A stretch of DNA of 54,258 nt, filler included, from Actinomycetota bacterium (GTDB taxonomy: Bacteria; Actinomycetota; Acidimicrobiia; IMCC26256; VFJJ01), in NCBI GenBank assembly GCA_009886115.1. It is 5 parts of 5 records of this genome, joined end to end, with 100 filler letters (N's around TTAATTAATTAA, not from the genome) between each part and the next. Parts side by side here need not be neighbours in the genome. Positions count along the whole stretch, not along the records: positions 15,243 to 41,152 come from VFJJ01000083.1; 4 more parts are not named here. The stretch is one strand, 5' to 3'. The stretch's first letter is position 1; each line of letters starts with the position of its first letter. Below are positions 20,835-30,700 of this stretch, piece after piece. Under the pieces are notes generated by a model that saw only the letters and a list, made by a program, of their open reading frames with translations, made no database searches and had not been told where the DNA came from. The position numbers and the translations under genes were made by a program.

Positions 20835-21851
20835 ATGTGGGAGCGACGGAATGTAAGCGCGGTGGCCCTGGCCTTGATGTTGGTGGCCGGGGCGACGGCG
20901 TGCGGTGACGACGATGACGACAGCGCCGTCACCACAGAAGCAGCGACGGCGGCTGTCGAACCCGCAACGTCAACGTCGGCGTCGGAGCCGGCAGCGACGA
21001 CGACTGCGGGACCGGCGCCGACAACCGCGGCGGCGTCGGAGCCGGCAGCGACGACGATACCGCCGGCGGTGTCGGAGTCCGACCGGGTCTCGATCCGCGA
21101 CGTCCTCGACGCGAGCGTTGCGGCCGAGGCGGCCGGAGACGCGTCGGCGTTCGTGGCCCTGTGGACCGACCGGGGCCTCGAGCAGTACTCGGCCGACGGC
21201 TCAGGCCTGGGCACCCGGGAGGAGATCCTCGCCAACGGGATCGAGGGCGGGGAGGAGCCCCCTGAAACTGTCGGCGACCCGGCGGTGACCGTCACCGGCG
21301 ACGACGCGTCGGTCACCGTCGATGTCGTCTTCGGGATCGGCGTCTATCGGATCGGGTTCGCGCTGGTGCGCGACGGGGTGAGTTGGCTCATCGACGGCTT
21401 CGAGTTCCAGGGCGGCGCCCCGGCCCCTGAGGGGGTCCCGACGGTCGAGGTCACGGCCGTCGATTTCGCGTTCGGTTTCGACCGGGACGCGCTGGCGTCG
21501 GGAGAGTTCGCCCTGCTCTTCGACAACATCGGTTCGCAGCAGCACGAGATGGCGCTGTTCCGGGTCCCCGACGAGGCCACCGTCGCCGACGCGGGCGCGG
21601 CGCTGGCCGGCGTCGACGGCGGATCTTACGAGGGGGTGCCGGCCGGCTACGAGGTCGTCGACCACCTCACGTTCGCCGAGCCGGGTGAGAGCACCAACTT
21701 CACGTTCGCCGAGCCGTTGCCGGCCGGGCACTACGTGTTCGCCTGTTACATCCCCGTCGGAGGGTTCGACCTCGAGACCGGCGAACCGCTCGTCCCCGGC
21801 GCCGAACCGCACATTGCCCGGGGCATGATCGCCGACTTCACGGTCGGGTGA
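20835..21851 (+). CDS. Lipoprotein with NTF2/SnoaL-like domain and C-terminal cupredoxin domain
   Basis: Lipobox ATAC-GDD and Thr/Ala/Pro linker; candidate type-1 Cu ligands QHEM...FACYIP...PHIARGM. Confidence 0.75.
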   Translation: MWERRNVSAVALALMLVAGATACGDDDDDSAVTTEAATAAVEPATSTSASEPAATTTAGPAPTTAAASEPAATTIPPAVSESDRVSIRDVLDASVAAEAAGDASAFVALWTDRGLEQYSADGSGLGTREEILANGIEGGEEPPETVGDPAVTVTGDDASVTVDVVFGIGVYRIGFALVRDGVSWLIDGFEFQGGAPAPEGVPTVEVTAVDFAFGFDRDALASGEFALLFDNIGSQQHEMALFRVPDEATVADAGAALAGVDGGSYEGVPAGYEVVDHLTFAEPGESTNFTFAEPLPAGHYVFACYIPVGGFDLETGEPLVPGAEPHIARGMIADFTVG

Positions 21852-21891
21852 TGGTCGATACTGGGCTCATGCCCCGATCGCGATCGAGCCG

Positions 21892-24309
21892 TTGACCATG
21901 GCCGCCGTGGTCCTCTTCGTCCGCAGCCAGTGGCGCAGGCACTGGAGGAGCTATCTCGTCGTGGCCGGGGTGGCTGCCCTGGTCACGATGGTCGTGCTGT
22001 CTGCGGTCGCCGGGGCGCGGCGCAGCCCTGGCGCCTTCGACCGCCTGCGTGAGCGATCGAACGCGGCCGATGTCGCCGTCATCACCTTCGCGGACGTCGC
22101 GCCCGATGCCGAACGACTCGCCCGTATCGCAGCGGTTGACGGGGTGGCCGAGGTCGCTTGGCTGCAGGAGATGTTCGTGAGGCCCGCCGGCAGCGACCTG
22201 TTCCCCACCTACGACCTGGTGGTCCTGGCTGGCGAGATCGATCCGAGCGTCGCCGTGAGTGGCGCCCTGGTGATCGAGGGCCGTCGACCCGACCCCACTC
22301 GGGTCGACGAGGTCGCGATCAGCGAGAAGCTGGCCGACGAGCTCGGTCTCGTCGTCGGCGACACCGTCCCGCTGGAGTCGTTCAGCGAGAAGGAGCTCGC
22401 GCGGGCTGACGATGCGGGCGGGTTCGCCGTGCCCGACGGCCCGACGCTCCACGTCACCGTGGTCGGGATCGTCCGTAGCCCGTCCGACTTCGGCCGGTAC
22501 CGTGGGGTGCTCCGGCTCACGCCGGCGTTCGCCGACCGGTACGGCTCGGCCATCCGCACGTGGGGCCACGTCGAGATCCGGCTCGATGATTCGCAGCTCG
22601 TCGATGATCCCGTGCGGCTGGACTCGTTCACGGAGGCGATCGGGGTGCTGGTCTCCGACCTCTCCGGCGGCGATCACGAGTTCACTGCCTCGTATTTCGC
22701 CGACAGGGGCCAGACCAACGACGGCCTGGAGACCGTGGCGTCGGCCCTGTGGATCGTCGGTGCGATCGCCGCGGTCGCGGGGCTGATGGCCCTGGTCTTG
22801 CTCCTGTCCCGGACGAGTTCCCTCGTCGTGGCGGAGCAGCACGTCATGGCCGCGCTGGGGTGGACGCGTCGGCGCAACGCCATCGCGGTGGCCGCGGTGA
22901 TCGCACCGGCCATGGGCGCCGGCGCGCTGCTCGGCGCGGCGCTGAGCTTGTGGGCAGCCCCCAGGGCGCTGGTGGGCCTGGCCGGCCGGGCCGACCCCGA
23001 TCACGGCGCCATCAGGTTCGACGGGATCGTTGTCGTCGGAGGGGGCGTGTTCGCGGCGGCGCTCGGGTGTGTCGTCGCGGTCGCCGTGGGCGCACTCTCC
23101 ACGCGCTCGAAACGCTCGGGCCTCCGCCGTAGCGGCGGCCGGGCGCTGGTGGGCATGGGTCGGCCGCTGGCCGTCCGCCTCGGCGTTCGGCGGGTTCTGG
23201 CATCGGACCGCAGCCCCGACCGTCGATCGAATCGGGCTGCGGCGGTCGCGGTCGCAGTGGCCGCGGCCGGTGCTGTGGCTGCGCTCACGGTCGCCGCGTC
23301 GATCGTCCGGCTCCAGCACGATCCCCGCCTGGTCGGCGGTAGCGACCAGCGCGCCCTCGGTGGCGAGGCGATCGGGACCTTCGACCGGGTCCTCCCGCTA
23401 CTGGAGCGCGACGATCGGGTCCAGGATCTCGCGGCGATCCACATCGTGTTCGCCTTCGGCCCCACGGCCAGGCCTGGCACTGACGTCTCCGCCGTGGTCT
23501 TCGACGTGATCCGCGGTCATCTCGACACGAGCATCCTCTCCGGTCGGCTCCCCCAGCAGACAGACGAGGTGGCGTTCGGACCGGCCACCCTCGACGACCT
23601 CGGGGTCGAGGTGGGAGACGAGACCGAGCTCGCAGCCGACGGTCGGACGGCGTCGTATCGCATTGTTGGGGAGATGCTCTTCCCGACCGGTGACTTCGAG
23701 CACGATCGCGGGATCGCCATGACCGTCGGAGCAGCCGCCCGTCTGGTCGGCGATGTCCGCGATGTCGACGGCGTCCACCAGATCGTGTTCCAGTGGGCGC
23801 CCGCGGTCGACGCCGGGGCAGCCGATCAGGAGCTCGCCAACCTGGGGATTGCCATCTTCACCAACGGCAGCGCGGTCCTGCCCGGATCGGTCATCAACCT
23901 CGGCGACGTCGCGGGGCTCCCACGGTGGATGGCGCTCTTCCTTGCCACATTGGCGCTGGCGGCCCTGGCCCACGCCCTGGCCACCACTCGCCGATCAGCC
24001 GGACGCGAGCTCGCCGTGCTGCGCGCCCTCGGGCTCCGCCGCCGGGATGCACTCGTGACCATCCACGTGCAGGCCGTCTCCATCATCGTGCTCGGCTTGG
24101 TCGTCGGCTGCCCGGTAGGCCTGGTGCTGGGTCGGCTGGTGTGGGCCCCGATCGCAACGCAGGCGAACGTGATCGTCGACACCATCTGGCCCGGCGGTCA
24201 GATCGCGATCGCCGCCGGGGCGATGATCGTCACGGCGTCGGTGACCGCGCTGCTGCCGGCGTGGCGAGCTGCCCGCGCCAGCCTCGATCTGGCGCTGCGG
24301 GTGGAGTGA
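21892..24309 (+). CDS. FtsX/MacB-like ABC transporter permease (paralogue of 15422-17848)
   Basis: AGARRSPGAF, GRELAVLRALG, C-terminal ALRVE. Confidence 0.88.
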   Translation: MTMAAVVLFVRSQWRRHWRSYLVVAGVAALVTMVVLSAVAGARRSPGAFDRLRERSNAADVAVITFADVAPDAERLARIAAVDGVAEVAWLQEMFVRPAGSDLFPTYDLVVLAGEIDPSVAVSGALVIEGRRPDPTRVDEVAISEKLADELGLVVGDTVPLESFSEKELARADDAGGFAVPDGPTLHVTVVGIVRSPSDFGRYRGVLRLTPAFADRYGSAIRTWGHVEIRLDDSQLVDDPVRLDSFTEAIGVLVSDLSGGDHEFTASYFADRGQTNDGLETVASALWIVGAIAAVAGLMALVLLLSRTSSLVVAEQHVMAALGWTRRRNAIAVAAVIAPAMGAGALLGAALSLWAAPRALVGLAGRADPDHGAIRFDGIVVVGGGVFAAALGCVVAVAVGALSTRSKRSGLRRSGGRALVGMGRPLAVRLGVRRVLASDRSPDRRSNRAAAVAVAVAAAGAVAALTVAASIVRLQHDPRLVGGSDQRALGGEAIGTFDRVLPLLERDDRVQDLAAIHIVFAFGPTARPGTDVSAVVFDVIRGHLDTSILSGRLPQQTDEVAFGPATLDDLGVEVGDETELAADGRTASYRIVGEMLFPTGDFEHDRGIAMTVGAAARLVGDVRDVDGVHQIVFQWAPAVDAGAADQELANLGIAIFTNGSAVLPGSVINLGDVAGLPRWMALFLATLALAALAHALATTRRSAGRELAVLRALGLRRRDALVTIHVQAVSIIVLGLVVGCPVGLVLGRLVWAPIATQANVIVDTIWPGGQIAIAAGAMIVTASVTALLPAWRAARASLDLALRVE

Positions 24310-24325
24310 CGCGCGACGCGGTGAC

Positions 24326-24463
24326 CGGCACACTGCAGCGTCGAACGTGCTCGAACGGTGCGGGGACCTGAGGACCGTCGCCCGGATGCTCGGCCACCAG
24401 ACCGTCGTGACGACAGAGAGGTACACGAGCGGTGTCGATGTTGACCTTCGTCTCGGGATCTGA
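24326..24463 (+). pseudogene. Tyrosine recombinase C-terminal remnant
   Basis: RHTAASNVLERCGDLRTVARMLGHQTVVTTERYT: RH...LGH...T..Y box II, no upstream part. Confidence 0.75.
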
Positions 24464-24525
24464 CGCCACCCCAGCGAGCAGTGGGCAGTACGACGTCAGA
24501 GAGCACGTCCACGTGACCGATGCTC

Positions 24526-24583
24526 GTCGGGTCGGAGCGGGTCGGAGCGGGTCGGAGCGGGTCGGGTCGGAGCGGGTCGGAGC
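24526..24583. repeat. Short tandem repeat (GGGTCGGAGC-type 10-mer)
   Basis: gtcggagcgg repeated about five times. Confidence 0.8.
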
Positions 24584-24592
24584 AAACGGCGC

Positions 24593-25555
24593 TCAGGGGG
24601 CAGAGGGTACGAACGAGCCGGGAACGGTCGTGGCCGGACGGCCGGAGATCACGGCGAGCGCGTTGTCGATCGCGCCGGCCATCAGGCGGCGGCGGCCGGC
24701 GACCGTCGACGACGCGATGTGCGGCGTGACGATCACCCGAGGGTGGCCCAGCAGCGGATGCCCTACGGGGAGCGGCTCGGGGTCGGTGACGTCGAGGGCG
24801 GCGCCGGCAACCCGCCCCGAGTCGAGCGCCGCGAGCAGCGCGTCCTGGTCGATCAGGCTGCCGCGGGCGCAGTTCACGATGTACACGCCGGGCTTGACGT
24901 CGGCCAGGGTTGCGCCGCAGATCATCTGACGAGTCTCGGAGCCGGCCGGGGCGTGCAACGACAGCACGTCGGCCTGTGCCAGCACGTCGGGCAGCGCCAC
25001 GAGCTCGATGTCGACAAGCTCCGCGACCGGGTTGGCGCTCAGGTACGGGTCGTGGGCGACGATCCGCATCCCCAGGGCGCTCGCGGCCACGGCCACCCGC
25101 CGGGCGATACGACCCAACCCCACCAGGCCCAGCGTGCAACCGTCGAGCTCGAGAGCGGTGGCGGATCCACCGTCGAGGCCAGCCACAGCGCGGGCCGTCT
25201 TGGCCGGAAGGTCCTTGGTGATCGCCAGCATCAACGCCACGGCGTGCTCGGCCGTCGAGACGGTCGGTGCGTCCGGGGCGTTGCACACCACCACGCCGGC
25301 AGCCGCGGCCGCCGCAACGTCGATGTTGTCGTAGCCGATGCCCGAGCGGGAGATGACCCGGCACCGCAGCGCCGGTCGGAAGGCTTCGGCGTCCCAGAAG
25401 ATCACGGCCGAGGCGATGATCCCGTCAGCCTCACCGAGCTCGGCGAGGTCAGGCCCGACGAGGCGGGCCCGGCCCTCGATGAGATCCCGGTGCTCCTCGG
25501 CCAGCGGCCGGTCGAAGAACAGTGTGGGCAACGCAGCGTCCGACCCTGGCTCCAT
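24593..25555 (-). CDS. D-isomer 2-hydroxyacid dehydrogenase (SerA-like)
   Basis: RSGIGYDNID, GLVGLGRIA, IVNCARG, AALDVTDPEP, TPHIA. Confidence 0.9.
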   Translation of the reverse strand: MEPGSDAALPTLFFDRPLAEEHRDLIEGRARLVGPDLAELGEADGIIASAVIFWDAEAFRPALRCRVISRSGIGYDNIDVAAAAAAGVVVCNAPDAPTVSTAEHAVALMLAITKDLPAKTARAVAGLDGGSATALELDGCTLGLVGLGRIARRVAVAASALGMRIVAHDPYLSANPVAELVDIELVALPDVLAQADVLSLHAPAGSETRQMICGATLADVKPGVYIVNCARGSLIDQDALLAALDSGRVAGAALDVTDPEPLPVGHPLLGHPRVIVTPHIASSTVAGRRRLMAGAIDNALAVISGRPATTVPGSFVPSAP

Positions 25556-25799
25556 CGGGCCGAGGCTATCCCGACGCGCTCGCACCGCACCGGGCCGCGG
25601 CCGGATGGGCCGGAGCTCCCGCTCTTGCCTTCCCGGTAATCTCGGTCGATATTTTCGACCGGAGGGGCCCGGGCCCAGCCTGGGGGGACGGGCGGAGTCG
25701 CGATGGGCGCCAACTGGGAACAGCGGCTCGGGGTGTGGTGGATCGCCGAGGACCATCCCGATACCGTGGTGTCCCGGCCTCCCCCACCGGACCGCTCAC

Positions 25800-25965
25800 C
25801 TACGGAGAGCTCGCCGGTCGGGCCGGTCACACGTCGGTGTCGGTCGTGCTCGACCGGTACGGGCATCTGCTCCCCGGGACCGAGGAACGGGTCAACGACG
25901 CGCTCGACCGAATGGGCCGCGACGCCCGGGTCGAGACGGCGTCGGTGGTCCCGATCCGAAGGTGA
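25800..25965 (+). pseudogene. Integrase C-terminal remnant adjacent to tRNA-Val
   Basis: ELAGRAGHTSVSVVLDRYGHLLPG, followed by cgtggtaca direct repeats (25990-26009) that resemble arm-type sites. Confidence 0.75.
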
Positions 25966-26069
25966 TTCGCGAAGCTCTCCTCGGAGCCCCGTGGTACAGG
26001 CGTGGTACAAGAGACCTCGGACGCGAAGCAGCGAGGGCATACACCCTCGCTGACCTGCGCTGGAACCGG

Positions 26070-26141
26070 TGGGCGATACTGGTTTCGAACCAGTGGCCTC
26101 TGCCGTGTGAAGGCAGCGCTCTACCGCTGAGCTAATCGCCC
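26070..26141 (-). tRNA. tRNA-Val(CAC)
   Basis: GGGCGATTAGCTCAGCGGTAGAGCGCTGCCTT-CAC-ACGGCAGAGGCCACTGGTTCGAAACCAGTATCGCCCA forms a cloverleaf. Confidence 0.96.
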
Positions 26142-26270
26142 GGTTGGCGGTATCATACCCACGGCGACTCGGGGCCGGTCGTGTTGATCGCGACGATCGT
26201 CCGACGCTTGATCTGCGCTGCACCCCCCCCGTGGGGCATCATTGCAACCTTCCGGAGGAGGGTGACGGCC

Positions 26271-26462
26271 GTGGCGAGAAAAGGACGGGCGCGCCGGTTC
26301 CGCGAGGCGCGCGAACTCAAGCAGGGTTTGGCTGATCGGCCGATCGAGAGTCTGCTCGACAGCTCGGAGTACGTGACCATCTCCGAAGAGGAGTTCGAGG
26401 ACGAGTACGAGGACGACGGCGACTGGGATGATGACGACGACGAGGACGACGACGACGACTGA
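26271..26462 (+). CDS. Small protein with basic N-terminus and very acidic C-terminus
   Basis: GGAGGAGG upstream of GTG; ARKGRARRFREAR...EEEFEDEYEDDGDWDDDDDEDDDDD. Confidence 0.6.
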   Translation: MARKGRARRFREARELKQGLADRPIESLLDSSEYVTISEEEFEDEYEDDGDWDDDDDEDDDDD

Positions 26463-26585
26463 TCGTCTCGTCGCCACGACAACCTACGAGTCCCCGACGG
26501 CACGCCCATGGCGTGCCGTCGGTCGCGTTTGTCGGCGCTCAGCACATCAGCCCGGGCGCTCAGCCCTTCAGCTCAGCCCGGGACC

Positions 26586-29306
26586 TCACACCGAAGCGGG
26601 GTCGAGGGCGTCGGGGTCGATGTGGTAGCGGGCGCAGGCCTCGACCACCGCTTCGGGCTTGAGATCGCCCCGCTCGACGAGGCCGTGCAGCACACCGACC
26701 ACCACGTGGCCCGCGTCGACCTCGAAGTACCGGCGTAGCGCTGCACGGGCGTCCGAGAGGCCGTATCCGTCGGTGCCGAGCGAGAGATACGGCTGTGGAA
26801 CCCACCGGGCGATCTGGTCGGGCACGGCCTTCATGAAGTCGGTGATCGCCACCACCGGCCCCTCGCTGGCCGCGAGTTGCTGCGTCACCCACGGGACCTG
26901 CCGAACGGTCGTCGGATGCAGCCGGTTGTGCCGCTCGACCTGCAGTGCTTCGCGGCGGAGCATCTGGTACGACGTGGCGCTCCAGACCTCGGCGGCCACG
27001 TCGTGATGCTCGGCCAGGAGCGCCTGCGCTTCGAGCGCGGCTCGCATCCCCGTTCCCGAGGCCAGGATCGTGGCCGGATGCGTCGGCCCGGCGGGCGCCT
27101 CCCGGAACCGGTACAGCCCCTTGATCACACCGTTTTCGACCACCGCACGGGCCTCGGGGTCGGCGGGCAGTGCCGGCATCGGCATGTTCTCGTTGTAGAG
27201 GGTCAGGTAGTAGAAGGCCTCCTCGGCCGCGGGCCCGTACATGGCCTCGATGCCGTGGCGCACGATCAACGCCATCTCGTAGGCGAACGCGGGGTCGTAG
27301 GCGCGACAGTTCGGCACCGTCGAGGCCGTCAGCAGCGAATGCCCGTCGTTGTGCTGAAGGCCTTCGCCCTGCAGCGTCGTCCGCCCGGCCGTCGCGCCGC
27401 ACAGGAAGCCCCGGCCCCGGGAATCGCCGAACGACCAGATGAGATCGCCCACCCGCTGGAAGCCGAACATGGAGTAGAAGACGAAGAACGGGATCATCGG
27501 CTCGCCCCAGGTGGCATACGCCGTGCCCGCTGCCGTGAACGACGCCATCGAGCCGGCCTCGGTGATGCCTTCCTGGAGGATCTGACCCCGGCGGCTCTCG
27601 CGGTACGAAAGCATCAGGTTCGCGTCGACGGGCTCGTAGCGCTGCCCGAACGGGGCGTAGATCTGGACCTCCTGGAACAGCGCGTCCATCCCGAACGTGC
27701 GGCCCTCGTCGGGGATGATCGGCACGATCCGACTGCCAACGACCGGGTCACGGAGCAAGTTGCGCAGCAGGCGCGTGAAGGCCATGGTCGTCGACGCTTC
27801 GAGCTTCTCGCCGGTGCCCTTGGCGAACTCGGCGAACGGATCGGGAGCCTCGCCTGCGCCGGGCATCACGAAGACCCGCTTCGGACGGATGAGCCGGCTC
27901 GGGACCTCGCCCCGCAGGATGCGCCGGCGGCTCATCAGGTACTCGTACTCCTGCGATTCGAACCCGGGGTGGTAGTACGGCGGCAGCCCCGACTCGAGCT
28001 GCTCGTCGGGGATGTCGAGGCGGAGCCGGTCGCGGAAGGTCTTGAGCTCCTCCTCGTCCATCTTCTTGATCTGGTGGGTGGCGTTGCGGGCCTCGAAGTC
28101 GGCGCCCAGGGTCCAGCCCTTGATGGTGTGGGCGAGGATCACGGTGGGCGCGCCCTCGTGCTCGGCTGCCAGCTTGTAGGCGGCGTAGAGCTTGCGGTAG
28201 TCGTGGCCGCCACGGCGCAGGGTGCGCAGACCGTCGTCCGAGATGTGCTCGACCATCTTGCGCAGCCGCGGGTCGGGGCCGAAGAAGTGCTCCCGGATGT
28301 ACGCCCCGCTTTCGATGGTGTACCGCTGGAACTGACCGTCGACGGTGGTGTTCATCTGGTTGACCAGCGCGCCGTCGACATCGCGTGCCAGCAACGGGTC
28401 CCACTCCCGACCCCAGATGACCTTGATCACGTTCCAGCCGGCGCCCCGGAACAGCGCCTCGAGCTCCTGGATGATCTTGCCGTTGCCCCGTACCGGACCG
28501 TCGAGGCGTTGCAGGTTGCAGTTGACGACCCAGATCAGGTTGTCGAGCTGCTCCCGTCCGGCCAACGACAGCCCGGCCAACGATTCGGGCTCGTCCATCT
28601 CGCCGTCACCGACGAAGCACCACACCCGCGAGTGCGAGGTGTCGGTGATCTGCCGGTTGTGGAGGTAGCGGTTGAAGCGGGCCTGATAGATCGAGTTGAG
28701 CGGCCCCAGCCCCATGGAGACGGTCGGGAACTCCCAGAACTCGGGCATCCGTCGGGGATGGGGGTACGACGAGAGCCCGAGGCCGCCGACCTCACGGCGG
28801 TAGTGGTCGAGCTGGTCCTCGCTGAGGCGGCCTTCGAGATACGACCGGGCGTAGATGCCCGGCGCGGCATGACCCTGGACGAAGATCTGATCGCCCGCTC
28901 CCCCGTCGGCCTTGCCGTGGAAGAAGTGGTTGAAGCCGACCTCGTAGAGCGAGGCCGCGCTCTGGAAGGTCGACAGGTGCCCGCCCAGGCCGTCGAACTG
29001 ACGATTGGCCCGGGTGACCATGACCGCGGCGTTCCAGCGGATGCACGACCGGATGCGGCGCTCGAGCTCCTCGTCGCCGGGGAACCAGGGCTCTTCCTCG
29101 GGCGGGATGGTGTTGATGTAGTCGGTGGAGACCATCGCCGGAGCCACCACCCCGAGGGTGCGGGCCCGTTCCATGAGGCGCAGGAGGAGGTAGCGGGCCC
29201 GCGGCCGTCCTCGACCCTCGATGACCGAGTCGAGCGAGTCGACCCACTCCTTGGTCTCTTCCGGGTCGATGTCGGGCAGCGCGTGGGCGAATCCGTCGAT
29301 GATCAC
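26586..29306 (-). CDS. aceE: Pyruvate dehydrogenase E1, homodimeric type
   Basis: DIDPEETKEW, GGHLSTFQSAASLYEVGFNHFF, FWEFPTVSMGLGP, GDGEMDEPES, NCNLQRLDGPVRGNGKIIQELE. Confidence 0.98.
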   Translation of the reverse strand: MIIDGFAHALPDIDPEETKEWVDSLDSVIEGRGRPRARYLLLRLMERARTLGVVAPAMVSTDYINTIPPEEEPWFPGDEELERRIRSCIRWNAAVMVTRANRQFDGLGGHLSTFQSAASLYEVGFNHFFHGKADGGAGDQIFVQGHAAPGIYARSYLEGRLSEDQLDHYRREVGGLGLSSYPHPRRMPEFWEFPTVSMGLGPLNSIYQARFNRYLHNRQITDTSHSRVWCFVGDGEMDEPESLAGLSLAGREQLDNLIWVVNCNLQRLDGPVRGNGKIIQELEALFRGAGWNVIKVIWGREWDPLLARDVDGALVNQMNTTVDGQFQRYTIESGAYIREHFFGPDPRLRKMVEHISDDGLRTLRRGGHDYRKLYAAYKLAAEHEGAPTVILAHTIKGWTLGADFEARNATHQIKKMDEEELKTFRDRLRLDIPDEQLESGLPPYYHPGFESQEYEYLMSRRRILRGEVPSRLIRPKRVFVMPGAGEAPDPFAEFAKGTGEKLEASTTMAFTRLLRNLLRDPVVGSRIVPIIPDEGRTFGMDALFQEVQIYAPFGQRYEPVDANLMLSYRESRRGQILQEGITEAGSMASFTAAGTAYATWGEPMIPFFVFYSMFGFQRVGDLIWSFGDSRGRGFLCGATAGRTTLQGEGLQHNDGHSLLTASTVPNCRAYDPAFAYEMALIVRHGIEAMYGPAAEEAFYYLTLYNENMPMPALPADPEARAVVENGVIKGLYRFREAPAGPTHPATILASGTGMRAALEAQALLAEHHDVAAEVWSATSYQMLRREALQVERHNRLHPTTVRQVPWVTQQLAASEGPVVAITDFMKAVPDQIARWVPQPYLSLGTDGYGLSDARAALRRYFEVDAGHVVVGVLHGLVERGDLKPEAVVEACARYHIDPDALDPASV

Positions 29307-29429
29307 TGCCTGCCTCCTGCTCGGGCCGGGTCAACGGTCAGGTTAGGCCCGGCCGCCGGTCGATCCGTCCCGTCCTCGTTCGCGCCCGATCGACGGTCGC
29401 CATCGGATCGGCCGGCGTCGGATCGGCCG

Positions 29430-29816
29430 GTCGAGAACCTGAGCCGGATCCGCGAGCCCGAGCGGCTGGCCGGCTGGCTGGCCACGACCGCCCGCAACGA
29501 GTGTCTCCGTGGCCTGCGCAAGTCGGGACGCAGCGTTCCCACCGATGATGAAGGCACCTTCGATCGGGTCGAGGGTGATGATCTCGATGCCACGCTGATC
29601 GCCGGCGAACGCGACACGCTGGTGTGGCAGTCCTTCGCGACGATCTCATCGCGTTGTCAGACGTTGTTGCGACTCCTGACCGCCGATCCGCCCATCGCCT
29701 ACACCGACATCTCCGCCATGCTCGACATGCCGATCGGCAGCATCGGGCCGACCCGGTCCCGATGCCTCGACAAACTTCGGAGTGCGCTCACCGCTGTCGG
29801 TATCACGGGCGAGTGA
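29430..29816 (+). pseudogene. ECF sigma factor lacking its N-terminus
   Basis: VENLSRIREPERLAGWLATTARNECLR...YTDISAMLDMPIGSIGPTRSRCLDKLR; the first half of region 2 and a start codon are absent. Confidence 0.8.
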
Positions 29817-29844
29817 GCGGGCTCTTGAGCACGAGGAGGACATC

Positions 29845-30297
29845 ATGACTGCGATCGACGAGCATCCCGACCCCACACTCGACCTGCTGCGGGCCACAGC
29901 GTCGCGGGTCGATCCCGTGCCCGACGCCCTGGTGACGATGGCCAAAGAGTCGTTCACCTGGCGCACCATCGACGCCGAGCTGGCCGAGCTGGTGTTCGAC
30001 TCGCTCGTCGACGAGGTCGTGGGCGTGCGAGGTGCCGGCGGGCGCGAACAGGCTCGCTCGATGTCGTTCGAGACCGCCGGAGGGGCCATCGAGATCGAGG
30101 TCGATCGGGGCCGCCTGGTGGGGCAGGTGGCCCCCGCCGCGGCCGTGCTCGTCGAGCTCCGCCATCCCAGCGGCACCATCGCCGACCACAGCGATGTCGT
30201 GGGCCGCTTCCGATTCGACGGCGTCCCGACGGGACCGGTCCGCATCACCGTCAGCGGAGAAGGCCCCACGATCTCCACCGAGTGGTTCGTGATCTGA
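29845..30297 (+). CDS. ECF-associated protein with carboxypeptidase-regulatory-like fold (putative anti-sigma)
   Basis: RBS GAGGAGG; FTWRTIDAELAELVFDS...LVGQVAP...GRFRFDGVPTGPVR; directly after the ECF gene. Confidence 0.72.
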   Translation: MTAIDEHPDPTLDLLRATASRVDPVPDALVTMAKESFTWRTIDAELAELVFDSLVDEVVGVRGAGGREQARSMSFETAGGAIEIEVDRGRLVGQVAPAAAVLVELRHPSGTIADHSDVVGRFRFDGVPTGPVRITVSGEGPTISTEWFVI

Positions 30298-30700
30298 CGA
30301 TTCGAACGGTCGGCGGCACCATCGCCGTCGCGTGGCTGCCCTCGCCGGGCGTCCGAGCGAGCCGGACCCGCTGCTCGGCCGCGTCAGCCACAGGCGAGAT
30401 GCCCGGTCGGAGCGAGAGCTGAGAAGCCGGAGGCGAGAGACGTGGAGCCCGGGCAGACCGGTGGGGGAAGCCGGACATCGAGCTGCGGGCAGTGCAACCG
30501 CCCGGGCTCCACGACTGGGTGCGTGCCCGTCGGCGGAGGCCGATCGGGCCGCACTGGCGCTGTGGTGGGAGTCGAACCCACACCTCCCAGAGCCCAGCTC
30601 CGGTCGAGCCCCGCTCGCACAGCCATGTTGGGTGTCGCTGTGGGATTCATCGGCCGATTCGGAGGTCGCTGAAGGACTTTTCGCTCACGTACCATTTCGC

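Noticed and set aside
24502..24513. 12-nt match (agcacgtccacg) to the spacer of the 37-bp repeat pair
   Set aside because: Too short to distinguish from chance in GC-rich DNA.
24526..24583. Tandem repeats here and at 31730-31781, 37108-37160 and 41063-41152 as CRISPR
   Set aside because: Short units with no unique spacers; simple or coding repeats.
26877..29430. 979-aa + strand ORF that appears to be a giant sigma-factor fusion
   Set aside because: Mostly the antisense shadow of aceE; only 29430-29816 is sigma-like.
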